From an uncultured Gammaproteobacteria bacterium (GTDB lineage Bacteria > Pseudomonadota > Gammaproteobacteria > JAURND01), in the NCBI GenBank assembly GCA_963714975.1, contig CAVQQD010000002.1, positions 519,641-583,640 on the forward strand: a DNA stretch of 64,000 bases, in the 5' to 3' direction. Every line of letters starts with the position of its first letter. Position 1 is the first letter of the stretch. The notes beneath the pieces are model-generated. The model worked only from the letters and a program-made list of their open reading frames with translations. It did not search any database and was not told the DNA's origin. The position numbers and the translations under genes are program-made. Shown here one piece after another: positions 1 to 10,094 of this stretch.

Positions 1-980
1 ATCGCGATAAATACTAAACCTGATAAAGCGGCTTGGCTGTAATAAAAAATTAAAATCCATTGTGGTGTACCGGCAATGAATAATATGCCCATTAGGATAT
101 GTAATGTGACAATCATGGTTATGATTAGAGGAATTTGCCAGTTTTTAAATCCAGATTTAAAGAACAATCGTCCTGATAGAAAACAGCTAAGACTGGCAAT
201 AATGCCGCAGATTAATCCGGTATGCGGGCTGTTAATTTGATATTTTTCTAAAATGCTAGTGCTGGTCATCATATAAAGCCAGTTAATGTTCACCAGGCAA
301 TTCGCAAAACATCCAAATAAAACCGGTTTTAGATGGTTCGAAAATAAATCATAAATACTCACTTGATGCCTGCGCTCTGGAAATTGAATGGTGCGGCGGA
401 TTAAATACACGGCCAAACCAAAAATTCCGCCAAAAATAAACGGCAAGCGCCAGTAAAAAGACATCGAACCGGTACTTTTGACCAATAAGACAATTAAGCA
501 AGCGATGACAAAACCGCCAAAAAGGAAGGTATAAAGTACGCTGTGGTTTTTATAGCGTTGTTCTGGCTTGGATTGTTCAAAGAGCAGCACAATCGCTGAG
601 CTGAGCTCACCACTGATCGACACGCCTTGCAGCATTCTCAAGGCTAACAGTAAGATGGGGGCCGCCATACCAATTTGGTCATAAGTGGGTAAGAAGCCAA
701 TCAACATCGTCACGACCGCCATAAACAACATGGAATTACGAAACACCCAAGACTTTCCTGATTTATCTCCTAAAATTCCCCACAGCACACCACTGATGGG
801 GCGGATGATAAATATAATGGAAAAACTCAGTGTGGCGAGAAATTCCTGGTGCGCGCTAAATTTTAAAAAATTCCTGGCGATTTCCGGCATTAAAAAGGCG
901 AATAAATAACTATCGTAGACTTCTAAAAAAGTGCCAGCGCAAATAATGAAAATGTGTTTTAAGGAAAAATTTTGGGACAT
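1..980 (-). CDS. MFS-family transporter (ProP/metabolite:H+ symporter-like), partial; C-terminus lies outside the window
   Basis: Manual translation of the minus strand from ATG (complement 978-980) gives an open frame to position 1 with about 8 hydrophobic TM-like segments and an MFS-type motif (GxLxDKxGRK-like 'GILGDKSGKS'). The six-frame track omits it because it runs off the window edge. Confidence 0.6.
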   Translation of the reverse strand, partial: MSQNFSLKHIFIICAGTFLEVYDSYLFAFLMPEIARNFLKFSAHQEFLATLSFSIIFIIRPISGVLWGILGDKSGKSWVFRNSMLFMAVVTMLIGFLPTYDQIGMAAPILLLALRMLQGVSISGELSSAIVLLFEQSKPEQRYKNHSVLYTFLFGGFVIACLIVLLVKSTGSMSFYWRLPFIFGGIFGLAVYLIRRTIQFPERRHQVSIYDLFSNHLKPVLFGCFANCLVNINWLYMMTSTSILEKYQINSPHTGLICGIIASLSCFLSGRLFFKSGFKNWQIPLIITMIVTLHILMGILFIAGTPQWILIFYYSQAALSGLVFIA

Positions 981-985
981 GGTGG

Positions 986-2210
986 TTAGTCATCTGGCTT
1001 AATTTTCTTTTTTCGTGCTGAAGCATGACGTTCACGCAATTCAATGTCAATGTACTTGTCGGTAATAGCGCTAGAGCTGTGCCCAGCGTCATCACGCACG
1101 TGCTCACGTGGGCGGTGCTTCACATCATCTGAAATCCCGGTATGTCTTAGCCAATGCACCGTGGCTGCTTTTAATTGTTCAGCTTCTTCAATAAATTGAT
1201 CTTTCTGTAGGCGCAAAATTGCTTGATCAAAGCAATGTTGAACAATAATGCGAATTTGTCGTGTGCTGCTGATAGCACCGCGGCCGCGATTTTTTTTCAG
1301 TAATGGGGTGGTTTCCCCTGGATAGGGCAGGGGGGTAAATTTAAATATTGGCGATACTGCTTTAATGCCGCCAGCATATCATCACTGACACTGATGATGC
1401 GTTGTTTATTGCCTTTGCCTACTGTAGTAAACCACCAGTGACCATCTTGATCGTGGTGAAAATGCCCCATTTGGGGTTCCCAACGTTTTGACACCGCCAA
1501 TTCTGAGATCCGCAGATACATACTATATAACGCTTTGATTATGAATAAACTGCGTTCGTGGATCTCGGGCTCTGCCTGTGCCATGAGTTCTGTGGTTTCA
1601 ATGACGTAGGCCCATTGGGTCTCGCTTAGACGGCGGATGATCGGTTTACTTTGATATTTACGTAGAAATTTACTTTTTTGCCGAATTTGCGTGACCGGGT
1701 TGACCTCGACATAGTTCTCTTGCAGTAGATAATTAAAAAAACTGCCGCTAATTGCAAATAGTGCCTGTAATGCCTGTTGCGAGGGGGTATATTTCGAGGG
1801 CTCTGGTTGTTCACCATGGCTATGTGCGATCTTAGTTACCGTCGCGATAAAAGGTCGCCATTGCGGATTAGCGATCCGTTCGCCCAGATGTTGAGAAAGC
1901 GCGGCGCTTGTTTAACGCCAATCCAGGCATTTGGTGGTCTTTGACAGAATTCCACCCATTGTTCAATATCCGTCCGTTTAATAGCGGGTAGATTTTTGTT
2001 AGCCACTCTCCAAGTCCATTGCAGAAGACGCTCGATTTCACGCCGATAAGCATTAAAAGTAGCCTCACTGCCTCGATACATGCGTAAAAATTGGCAAGCA
2101 TGGAAATAATCTTTTTGCTGTTCTGCCTGCAGGGTAAGTCGTGAGGCATGGTTATCCAGATAATCAAGCTTGTCAAATAAGGGCTGAGGAGGCTGTTTTA
2201 GGTATTCCAT
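986..2210 (-). pseudogene. Tyrosine recombinase / phage-type integrase, fragmented by several frameshifts
   Basis: Four consecutive minus-strand ORFs (1836-2210, 1626-1817, 1297-1584, 986-1216) carry in order an N-terminal SAM-like domain, a 'GKGNKQR' core motif, and the C-terminal catalytic region ('HWLRHTGIS...HVRDDAGHSSSAITDKYI'). Together they make one integrase split into frames. Confidence 0.65.
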
Positions 2211-2351
2211 AAGAGCTCATTGTAATCATTAGGCTAAAAAAAGAAACAGCCTTTTCTGGATTATCTTGCCTTATTGCTAATAATCCTAAAAACGGCAGTT
2301 ATACTAAGTTTGACGCAATCTAAATAATATTGAAATAGGAGGGGTACGTTC

Positions 2352-2879
2352 ATGAAAAATACCAGCTTAAAAATCTCTGCACTAACAGTTTCACTGTTAG
2401 GTTTTATGAGTTTTGCTTATGCAAATGACCTCAATGTGAATTTTGATTCTGTTGCTTCAGGTAAAAGCACTGAGCAGCGTATTGATGCCCAGCAAAACCC
2501 AAATGCCGCCAGCACAATTCAATGTAATATTTTATCCAATGCGCCAAAAATCGCTACAGGACAATCGACAATTTGGTTGAAATCTGATCAAGGGTCTACA
2601 AATCGTGTTGGTGCCTTAGATAAAAATAATGATACATCCGCTGAATTTACGCTTAATGCCAATTCAATTCCCGGGAGTGTTTATCTCGATACTACTCCAG
2701 ATTTGGTTTTAGAAAATAATGCTGCTTCTACCTCAGTACAGTGCACAGTTAAAAATGTTGCTCCTACTGCAGCCGGCGCTTACACAACGGCCCCTGCTGC
2801 ACCTGGGACTTATCCAACCGAACCTGCTGCCCCCCCAGCTGCACCCATAGCGCCTACCCAGGATAATATGGGACAGTAA
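2352..2879 (+). CDS. Hypothetical secreted protein with signal peptide and Pro/Ala-rich C-terminus
   Basis: AGGAGG RBS at 2338-2343; N-terminal 'MKNTSLKISALTVSLLGFMSFAYA' signal peptide; low-complexity PAAP tail. No family recognised. Confidence 0.55.
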   Translation: MKNTSLKISALTVSLLGFMSFAYANDLNVNFDSVASGKSTEQRIDAQQNPNAASTIQCNILSNAPKIATGQSTIWLKSDQGSTNRVGALDKNNDTSAEFTLNANSIPGSVYLDTTPDLVLENNAASTSVQCTVKNVAPTAAGAYTTAPAAPGTYPTEPAAPPAAPIAPTQDNMGQ

Positions 2880-2915
2880 TCGTTGCTGCTAATCTTTTTC
2901 CTAAATTGTTTAATA

Positions 2916-2983
2916 CCCTCTCCCACAAATCCCCCCTACCCCCCTTTTTTAAAGGGGGGTAGGGGGGATTTGTGGGAGAGGGC
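2916..2983. repeat. 68-bp near-perfect palindrome (29-bp arms, TTTTTTAAA centre) between convergent genes; terminator-like
   Basis: ccctctcccacaaatcccccctacccccc / ggggggtaggggggatttgtgggagaggg read directly; member of the 'gggagaggg' dispersed repeat family. Confidence 0.8.
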
Positions 2984-2994
2984 TTCCATAAAAG

Positions 2995-3984
2995 CTATAA
3001 CGCAGACCTTAGGTTAGAAACTTCTAGTTGTTGAGTGGAGTTTATTTGGGACGGCGCTGTAGTTGCGACACTCAGCATCCGATCCTGCTCTTGAGTAGTA
3101 CGGGCCATGGCTCTTGCTAATTCATGCTGAATGGCAGTTGCCTGAGGATCTTGCATGCGCTGTGCGGAATTATAGACAATGCTAGCAAGCCAGGCAGGAA
3201 ACTCTGCATTTCCCAGGTTGCGAATGCTTATCGCCACGGTACCATTGGGGCCTGATAATGTAGCCAGGCCTTGCATGTAGTTAGTATAGCTTTGGGAATC
3301 TTTCGCCAATGCTGCTGCCTGAATAGCCATCGCATAGGTCCACATGACATTGGAAAGAGAAGCTTTAATCTCCCTCTCCCCCGAAGATGGGAGAGAGTTG
3401 AGGAGAGGGGGCTCATAGTGCCCGTGTTGATATTGGACTGCCGCTTGGAGTGCTGCTTTATTGGCTTCATAGGCAGATTTATTATGCAATGCATAGTAAG
3501 AAAGCAGATAACCCAGGGCCCAACCAGCAAAAGCAGTATTTTCGCTATAATTTGCTTGAGTGGGAGCATACCGGGTTGAAGTGAGTGCAGGCCGCAAATC
3601 GGCTGCAATGCGGGCCGCTTCTTTTTCTTGACTGGCATGCATGGCAATTAATAATTGACGCCCTTTCATCCATAAACCAAATTCCAGACCTTCTTTGCCT
3701 TCAGCCAATAATGTTTTGAATTGCTCCGCAATTTTTGGATTCGTGTAATGCTTTGGATTAGCTAATAAAGGCATACTCATCTGGTAGGCAGTTTTAGCTT
3801 CTTGCAAATATTTTCCTGCTAATTCATTCACATTAACTGTCACTTGTTTGTGTTCTTGAAAATAACGGCTGCTCATGGGTTCCTCTGTTGTTGTTATGGA
3901 TAAACTACTGATTGAATCAAGCCCCAGGAGAAATCCTGTGACCACGATCACGACTATGTGCATAATATCTCTCTTTAACTTCAT
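2995..3984 (-). CDS. Hypothetical exported/membrane-anchored protein containing an in-frame dispersed-repeat insertion
   Basis: Start taken at internal Met 'MKLKRDIMHIVVIVVTGFLLGL' (signal/TM). The ORF track's longer 5' extension looks spurious. Repeat copy at 3371-3415 is translated in frame as '...EPPLLNSLPSSGEREIKAS...'. Confidence 0.5.
   Translation of the reverse strand: MKLKRDIMHIVVIVVTGFLLGLDSISSLSITTTEEPMSSRYFQEHKQVTVNVNELAGKYLQEAKTAYQMSMPLLANPKHYTNPKIAEQFKTLLAEGKEGLEFGLWMKGRQLLIAMHASQEKEAARIAADLRPALTSTRYAPTQANYSENTAFAGWALGYLLSYYALHNKSAYEANKAALQAAVQYQHGHYEPPLLNSLPSSGEREIKASLSNVMWTYAMAIQAAALAKDSQSYTNYMQGLATLSGPNGTVAISIRNLGNAEFPAWLASIVYNSAQRMQDPQATAIQHELARAMARTTQEQDRMLSVATTAPSQINSTQQLEVSNLRSAL
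3371..3415. repeat. Dispersed palindromic element (gggagaggg family) inserted in frame inside CDS 2995-3984
   Basis: ctccctctcccccgaagatgggagagagttgaggagagggggctc; paralogous to the copy at 19396-19445. Confidence 0.75.
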
Positions 3985-4054
3985 CGCTATTTCGAGGTTG
4001 CTATTGTAGCACGGGGGCTTATAATGACAAGCTGCAGTGTGAGCGTGTCGAAGG

Positions 4055-4112
4055 GGCATCTTCTCCCAAGGGGAGAGGAAATAATGTTGATGATAATAAT
4101 AGAGAGAGTGAT
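4055..4112. promoter_or_regulatory. Repeat-derived SD plus a 10-codon Ile-rich uORF (MLMIIIERVI) whose TGA overlaps the ATG of the downstream phosphatase gene (ATGA coupling)
   Basis: 'gggagaggaaataATGttgatgataataatagagagagtgatATGA' read directly; the same GGAGAAGGAATAATG module ends the repeat copies at 39175-39204 and 57066-57097. Confidence 0.4.
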
Positions 4113-4919
4113 ATGAGAAGATACTTATTAGCTGGTTTGATGTTTGTCTGGTGTATTGGTTCTTTGGCAGAAGCGCCACACGGGCCGGCATGCCGTCCTG
4201 GAGAAATTACGACGGCAAATGATTACATGGCAATTCAGTGGTATCGTACTTCCGCAGAGAAAAATGCTTTATACCGCGAGATATTTTCCATGGCTGAGCA
4301 ACAAGTTCGGGCAAAAAAACGCTTTTTGAAACTAGAGCCACAGCAATGGGGAGTTGTTTTTGATATTGATGATACGTTACTTGATAATAGCCTACACAGC
4401 TATGAAAATGCCTTGTACTGTGCTGGCCAACATTCTATTGGTTCAACCGCTTTCTTTGTGCGAGAAGTTTCCGTCCCGACACCGGGTGCTAAAAAAATTA
4501 CCTGTGATATTCGCAAGATGGGTGGTTATGTGTCATTAGTGAGCAATCGTGATGGGAATCAGACCGATCCACGGACTGGAAAGAATTTACTCGACGCCAC
4601 TGTAGAAAATTTAAAGAAAGCAGGCATTTGTTTTGATCAAGTAGTGCTGGCCAATTCAGTGAATGGGAATAAAAATCCGCGTTTCCAAGCCATTAACTCA
4701 GGCGAATATCCTGCGGATATGATTGTGACTCGCAAGCTGCCGGCGCATCGCGTCATCGCTTACTTTGGTGATAATATCCAGGACTTTCCCAATACATTTC
4801 AGCAAGAAATGAAGCAAGAAAATCCTGAAGGACAGGCTTATGCTAATTTTGGAATTTCTTATTTTGTGTTGCCAAATCCACTTTACGGTAGTTGGCAGCA
4901 TGCCACAAAAAAACCTTAA
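4113..4919 (+). CDS. HAD-superfamily acid phosphatase (subfamily IIIB, e(P4)/class B-C acid phosphatase-like), secreted
   Basis: Signal peptide 'MRRYLLAGLMFVWCIGSLA'; HAD motif I 'VVFDIDDTLLDNS'; length and motif order match e(P4)-type lipoprotein phosphatases. Confidence 0.7.
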   Translation: MRRYLLAGLMFVWCIGSLAEAPHGPACRPGEITTANDYMAIQWYRTSAEKNALYREIFSMAEQQVRAKKRFLKLEPQQWGVVFDIDDTLLDNSLHSYENALYCAGQHSIGSTAFFVREVSVPTPGAKKITCDIRKMGGYVSLVSNRDGNQTDPRTGKNLLDATVENLKKAGICFDQVVLANSVNGNKNPRFQAINSGEYPADMIVTRKLPAHRVIAYFGDNIQDFPNTFQQEMKQENPEGQAYANFGISYFVLPNPLYGSWQHATKKP

Positions 4920-4928
4920 GGAGTATTT

Positions 4929-5450
4929 ATGGACACCCAGGAATTAAAAAATTTAATCCGCGAGATCCCCGATTTTCCAAAACCGGGTATCAACTTTTAT
5001 GACATCACTACGCTACTTAAAGACAAGGTCGGATTACGAATGGCCATGGATGCTTTGGCTGTGCCCTATATTAAGCGACATGTCGATTGTGTCGTCGGTG
5101 TTGAAGCACGAGGTTTTATTTTTGCTTCTGCGATCGCTTATCAATTAAATGCGGGTTTTGTTCCAGCACGCAAAGCAAAAAAGCTCCCAGGTGAAGTCAC
5201 ACGGATGGTTTACGATTTAGAATATGGCGAAGAGATGTTAGAAATCCACAAAGATGCCATTATTACCGGACAAAAGGTGTTAATTATTGATGACGTATTG
5301 GCGACTGGCGGCACGGCAGCTGCTACGATTGAGCTAGTAGAAATGCTTGGCGGGGAAGTACTCGGGTTGGGGTTTCTGATGGAGCTTGGATTTTTAAATG
5401 GTCGAGATAAATTAAAAGGCTATGAAGTCTTTACCGTATTGCAGTACTAG
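4929..5450 (+). CDS. apt: Adenine phosphoribosyltransferase
   Basis: AAGGAG RBS at 4918-4923; PRPP-binding motif '[14 protein letters not shown]'; 173 aa, typical of Apt. Confidence 0.9.
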   Translation: MDTQELKNLIREIPDFPKPGINFYDITTLLKDKVGLRMAMDALAVPYIKRHVDCVVGVEARGFIFASAIAYQLNAGFVPARKAKKLPGEVTRMVYDLEYGEEMLEIHKDAIITGQKVLIIDDVLATGGTAAATIELVEMLGGEVLGLGFLMELGFLNGRDKLKGYEVFTVLQY

Positions 5451-6830
5451 CTGTTGTTTAATCTGCTCAAGACCTGGTTCAACCAGCAAGGGATAAGTTT
5501 CGCTAGGATGGGTAGCTTGGAAATCCGCTAATTGCTTTTGGCAGCGCTGCTGGATTTCGGGTAGGCTAGGTTTCTTATACACACACAGCCCTTGCTGGAA
5601 AATCGGTGTTAGTAAATCTTCATAATGCGTGGCAGATTGAACTAGTGGAATGTCGTCCGCATTTAGGCCGGTAGGCAGATCGAAGAGTACATCCGCCAAA
5701 TAGTTTTGATGCTGAAAATAACGGCGTACTTGCAAAATTCCTGGATAAGTTGCTTTGTTCGGTGAATCAGAGATTTTTATTTTATAATCCCAAGTGCCTG
5801 TGTCATTTGCGATGGCTGTTAGCTTATAAATCATATCCAAAGCAGGATGCTCATAGGCTGTTATTAGCCGAGTGCCTACTCCCCAACTATCAATGGGTGC
5901 GCCTTCTCCTTTTAACTTAGCAATACTGTATTCATCCAAATCGCCGCTGGCTAGGATTTTCGTTGCGGTAAATCCAGCAGCATCTAACCGTTGCCGGGCT
6001 GTGCGACTTAATTCTGCTAAATCACCTGAATCAAGGCGAATGGCTTGTAATGAGTAACCTTGGGCTTGCAATTGCTTACCGGTGTTAATGGCATTTTCAA
6101 TGCCGGTAATGGTGTGGTAAGTATCAACGAGCAATGTTACCTGATCTGGAATGGCAGTAGCAAAACTGTTGAAAGCTGCAGCCTCATCTGCAAAAGCCAT
6201 AATCCAGCTATGCGCCTGAGTTCCTTGCACCGGGATCCCATAAAGTTTACCAGCTAACACATTGGAGGTACTGTTGCATCCCCCAATATACGCAGCTCGG
6301 CTGGCGCTTAAGCCGCCGTTGGGACCTTGTGAGCGACGTAAGCCAAATTCGATTACTGTATCTTGTTGCGCCGCTTGTCGCACGCGGCTGGCTTTAGTGG
6401 CAATTAAACTCGAAAATTGCAATAAATTAGTCAGCGCGGTTTCTAACAACTGGCATTGTAACAGTGGCGCTTTTATTCTTAACAAAGGCTCATTAGGAAA
6501 TACCGGGGTACCCTCGGGGATCACATCAATATCGCCAGTGAAGGCCAGTTGAGACAGATAGTGGAGGAATTCTTGGGTAAATAGCGGCTGGTGAGCACGA
6601 TTTGTAAGTGAGCTTAGGTAATCAAGATCTGATTGGCTGAATTTCCAAGCGTGGATAAAATCAATTACTAGTTCTAAGCCAGCACAAACGGTGTAGTTGC
6701 TGTTGAAGGGATTGTGACGAAAAAAATTTTGGAAGACGGCTTCTTGTTCGGCCTTACCCAAGCGCCAATAACCATAGGCCATAACTATTTCATATTGGTC
6801 AGTAAAGAGCGGGCTGTGGGCGGTTTCCAT
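5412..6830 (-). CDS. pncB: Nicotinate phosphoribosyltransferase
   Basis: NAPRTase-like sequence over about 470 aa. Start placed at '[14 protein letters not shown]' (AAGGAA RBS upstream) rather than the GTG at 6854. The 5' flank carries a repeat at 6855-6903. Confidence 0.8.
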   Translation of the reverse strand: METAHSPLFTDQYEIVMAYGYWRLGKAEQEAVFQNFFRHNPFNSNYTVCAGLELVIDFIHAWKFSQSDLDYLSSLTNRAHQPLFTQEFLHYLSQLAFTGDIDVIPEGTPVFPNEPLLRIKAPLLQCQLLETALTNLLQFSSLIATKASRVRQAAQQDTVIEFGLRRSQGPNGGLSASRAAYIGGCNSTSNVLAGKLYGIPVQGTQAHSWIMAFADEAAAFNSFATAIPDQVTLLVDTYHTITGIENAINTGKQLQAQGYSLQAIRLDSGDLAELSRTARQRLDAAGFTATKILASGDLDEYSIAKLKGEGAPIDSWGVGTRLITAYEHPALDMIYKLTAIANDTGTWDYKIKISDSPNKATYPGILQVRRYFQHQNYLADVLFDLPTGLNADDIPLVQSATHYEDLLTPIFQQGLCVYKKPSLPEIQQRCQKQLADFQATHPSETYPLLVEPGLEQIKQQLVLQYGKDFIAF

Positions 6831-6854
6831 TGGTATTCCTTTAGCAGCAGTCAC

Positions 6855-6903
6855 CCCTCATCCGCCCTTCGGGCACCTTCTCCCACAGGGGGAGAAGGAA
6901 TTA
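6855..6903. repeat. Dispersed palindromic element (gggagaagg family) between pncB and ffh
   Basis: cacccctcatccgcccttcgggcaccttctcccacagggggagaagg; close copies at 15369-15420 and 51945-52000. Confidence 0.75.
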
Positions 6904-6909
6904 TTCAGG

Positions 6910-8268
6910 CTATTCAGGAAGATCAGGTGGCAACATTCCCTTCATATTTTGCATCATGCGATTCATTCCGCCACCTTTCATTTTCTTCAGCATTTTTTGT
7001 GTTTGTAAGAAATGCTTGATGAGGCGATTGACATCTTGGACTTGGGTGCCAGAGCCATTAGCAATTCGGCGTTTCCGGGAGCCATTAATTAAATCAATAT
7101 AATGTCTTTCTTCCTGGGTCATGGAATTAATAATGGCTTCCATTTGCGTGACAAATTTATCGTTCATCATATTTTTGGCCGCTTGAGGAATTTGTCCCAT
7201 GCCCGGAATTTTTCCCATAATGCTGGCGATGCCTCCTAACTTGCGCATTTGCTGCAATTGTTCGCGAAAATCTTCTAGATCAAATTCCTTGCCTTTTTTA
7301 AATTTTTTCTCAAGCTTCTCTGCTTGTTTTTGATCCATCTTCCGCTGAGCTTCTTCGACCAAGGTGAGAATATCACCCATGCCTAAAATACGCGAAGCCA
7401 TCCGTTCAGGATGAAAGGGCTCAAAAGCATCAATTTTTTCACCAACGCCCACAAACTTAATCGGCTTACCGGTAATGGACTTAATGGAAAGAGCGGCGCC
7501 TCCGCGCGCATCGCCATCTGTTTTGGTGAGGATTACGCCAGTCAGGGTTAATGCATCATTAAATGCTTTGGCAGTATTCGCCGCGTCTTGGCCTGTCATA
7601 CTATCAACGACAAATAAGGTTTCTGTCGGTTTAATTGCGGTATGAATTTTTTGGATTTCCGCCATCATCTCTTGATCAATATGTAAGCGGCCAGCGGTAT
7701 CGATAATCACAACATCGAGCAGGTGGGTTTTAGCATATTGCACTGCGCCAGTAGCAATGGCGATGGGAGATTGGGAAGGGTTACTGGCAAAAAACTCTAC
7801 GCCTATTTGCGTAGCTAAAACTTTTAACTGTTCGATGGCCGCGGGTCGATAAATATCAGCGCTGGCAATTAATACGGATTTTTCATTTCTGGTTTTTAAT
7901 AAATTAGCCAATTTAGCCACAGTCGTGGTTTTACCGGAACCTTGCAGTCCCGCCATTAAGATGACGATCGGGGCTTGGGCTTTAAGATTGAGATCGGTTA
8001 AGCTGGGTCCTAGCAGGTCAACTAAGGCGTCATTGACGACCTTGATTAGAGCATCGCCTGGCTTTATGCTGCGGATGACTTCTTTGCCAACCGCCTTACT
8101 GCGAATGGTCTCGGTAAAGGTTTTAACCACCGGCAGCGCAACATCGGCATCCAATAGCGCAGAGCGGACTTCCTTTAGGGTCTCCTGGATGTTTTCCTCA
8201 GTTAAGCGCCCTTTGCCAGTCAGGCGTTGCATGGTTTTGGTCAATTTACTCGATAATGTTTCAAACAT
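6910..8268 (-). CDS. ffh: Signal recognition particle protein Ffh
   Basis: The SRP54 N and G domains are present, including the GKTTT P-loop and 'DTAGR'; the M domain has Met-rich 'MMQNMKGM'. Start placed at 'MFETLSSKLTKTMQRLTGKGRLTEEN' to match the canonical Ffh N-terminus, giving 452 aa. Confidence 0.9.
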   Translation of the reverse strand: MFETLSSKLTKTMQRLTGKGRLTEENIQETLKEVRSALLDADVALPVVKTFTETIRSKAVGKEVIRSIKPGDALIKVVNDALVDLLGPSLTDLNLKAQAPIVILMAGLQGSGKTTTVAKLANLLKTRNEKSVLIASADIYRPAAIEQLKVLATQIGVEFFASNPSQSPIAIATGAVQYAKTHLLDVVIIDTAGRLHIDQEMMAEIQKIHTAIKPTETLFVVDSMTGQDAANTAKAFNDALTLTGVILTKTDGDARGGAALSIKSITGKPIKFVGVGEKIDAFEPFHPERMASRILGMGDILTLVEEAQRKMDQKQAEKLEKKFKKGKEFDLEDFREQLQQMRKLGGIASIMGKIPGMGQIPQAAKNMMNDKFVTQMEAIINSMTQEERHYIDLINGSRKRRIANGSGTQVQDVNRLIKHFLQTQKMLKKMKGGGMNRMMQNMKGMLPPDLPE

Positions 8269-8364
8269 ACAAATAATGAATCCTGTCTGGTATACTTTTG
8301 TAACGATTAGTGGAACCGCGCCAAGTATACCCCTAACTCCACTCAGGAAAAAGGCCCAAATAAC

Positions 8365-8799
8365 ATGCAAAATGTGCTAACAGCTTTAGGCGTCAAAGAG
8401 CTTATTCATGTTTTATCTGCAATGGCCGCTTTTAGCGTTATCTGTCTTGGCACTCTGCAAGCCATATTTGTTGCGATTCAAGAACATTTGCTGCGTTATA
8501 ATTATGCGGGTACGGTGATCAAAAAATTGCCTCCGTTAGAGAGGATGGAGACAATCCTATTTCAACTCATTTGGCTAGGATTTATTCTGCTAAGTTTGGT
8601 TCTAATTAGCAGCTTATTCTTTTTCTATCCAGTTTTTTCCCCTTTCTTGTTAGAAAAAACCTTATTAGCAAGTTTTGCTTGGATGATTTATGCTATTTTG
8701 TTATTAGGTCGTTATTTCGTTGGTTGGCGAGGTCGGAAGATTATTTATTACACATTATGTGGGTTTGCCTTATTGGTTATTGTTTATTTTTGTCAGTAG
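8365..8799 (+). CDS. ypjD: YpjD/CcsA-family inner-membrane protein; only the C-terminal roughly 60% appears present
   Basis: The C-terminal half aligns to E. coli YpjD ('...GWRGRKIIYYTLCGFALLVIVYF'). Only 97 bp separate it from the divergent ffh start, so the N-terminal roughly 100 aa of canonical YpjD cannot be encoded. ffh-ypjD-yfjD synteny as in E. coli. Confidence 0.5.
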   Translation: MQNVLTALGVKELIHVLSAMAAFSVICLGTLQAIFVAIQEHLLRYNYAGTVIKKLPPLERMETILFQLIWLGFILLSLVLISSLFFFYPVFSPFLLEKTLLASFAWMIYAILLLGRYFVGWRGRKIIYYTLCGFALLVIVYFCQ

Positions 8800-8834
8800 T
8801 TTTGTTTAGACTGTAGAAATGGGAGCTTTTATAC

Positions 8835-10094
8835 ATGTATTTGCTGTTCCTCGGTTTGGGTTTCTTAATTTCCGTCTCTAGTTTTTTTTCAGGATCAGAA
8901 ACAGCCATGATGGCAATTAATCGTTATCGCTTACGGCACTTAGTCAGTAAGCAGCATCCTGCAGCCATGCGCGTCAGTCGTTTACTGGAACGACCTGATC
9001 GATTGCTGGGAGTCGTGTTGATCGGTAATACTTTCACCAATATGCTTATTTCTGCGGTAGCCAGCTTAGTAGCCATTCATTTGTTCGGACCAGTTGCTGT
9101 TATTCCTGCTTCCATTGCGATGGCGCTGATCGTACTTATTTTTGCCGAGGTGGTTCCTAAAACCTTAGCTGCACTACGCCCGGAAAGTTTTGCGTTCCCT
9201 GCTTCAGGACTACTTGCAATATTATTAACTGTGTTATACCCCCTGGTTTGGTGTGCTAATGCAATTTCCAATGGATTCTTGCGTTTATTCAATGTGAATA
9301 TAAAATTGTACGGGAAGGTGCTGGACCATTTAACTGGGGAAGAAGTGCGCACGATTGTGCATGAAGCAACCCACCAATTGACTACGGGTTCCAAGCATAT
9401 GATGTTAGGAGTTCTAGATTTAAGTGCTATTACGGTGGATGATGTTTCAGTGCCGCGCAATGATATTGTCGGGATTGACCTTGAGGATTCTTGGCCGGTG
9501 ATATTAGAACAACTAGCCGCTTCAGAACATACGCGATTACCGGTATTTAACAGCAATATCGATCAAGTCCAGGGAGTTTTGCATGTTCGTAAGGCTTTAA
9601 ATTTAGCGACGCAAGGGCAATTGAGCAAAACAACATTAATGAACAATTTGGAAGATGTTTATTTTATTCCCGAAGGAACCCCCCTGAATGTGCAATTATT
9701 AAATTTTCGGCAAGCAAAACGTCGCATCGGCTTGGTGGTTGATGAATATGGAGATATTCAGGGACTGATTACTTTAGACGATATACTTGAGGAGATTGTT
9801 GGAGAATATACGACTAATTTAGCGGCATCTTATAAAAATATCCAACGGCAACCGGATGGGAGTTATTTGATTGATGGTGGAGCAAGCATCCGAGAGCTCA
9901 ATCGGCGTTTTCAGTGGGGGCTACCCACCAGCGGTCCCAAAACCTTAAGTGGGCTGATTGTTGAATATCTGGAAATGATTCCTACTGCTGGAGTGGGCTT
10001 GCGCATCAGCGGTTATCCGATAGAAGTTTTAGAAATGGAAGAAAATACCATTAAGGTGGTGAGGATTTGGCCAGAACGGCGCCGTTATGAATAA
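8835..10094 (+). CDS. CNNM/CorC-HlyC family transporter-associated protein (DUF21 TM domain, CBS pair, CorC_HlyC), YfjD-like
   Basis: N-terminal TM block 'FFSGSETAMMAINRYRL', central CBS-like region and C-terminal 'IDGGASIRELNRRFQWGLPTSGPKTLSGLIVEYL' transporter-associated domain. Confidence 0.8.
   Translation: MYLLFLGLGFLISVSSFFSGSETAMMAINRYRLRHLVSKQHPAAMRVSRLLERPDRLLGVVLIGNTFTNMLISAVASLVAIHLFGPVAVIPASIAMALIVLIFAEVVPKTLAALRPESFAFPASGLLAILLTVLYPLVWCANAISNGFLRLFNVNIKLYGKVLDHLTGEEVRTIVHEATHQLTTGSKHMMLGVLDLSAITVDDVSVPRNDIVGIDLEDSWPVILEQLAASEHTRLPVFNSNIDQVQGVLHVRKALNLATQGQLSKTTLMNNLEDVYFIPEGTPLNVQLLNFRQAKRRIGLVVDEYGDIQGLITLDDILEEIVGEYTTNLAASYKNIQRQPDGSYLIDGGASIRELNRRFQWGLPTSGPKTLSGLIVEYLEMIPTAGVGLRISGYPIEVLEMEENTIKVVRIWPERRRYE

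Noticed and set aside
685-909. 74-aa plus-strand ORF
   Set aside because: Antisense inside the MFS transporter gene.
3228-3647. Overlapping 139-aa and 102-aa ORFs
   Set aside because: Alternative frames of the 2995-3984 gene; they contain the repeat element.
7925-8380. 151-aa plus-strand ORF
   Set aside because: Entirely antisense to ffh with no independent support.
9077-9556. 159-aa minus-strand ORF
   Set aside because: Antisense within the CNNM/CorC gene; low-complexity, no RBS.
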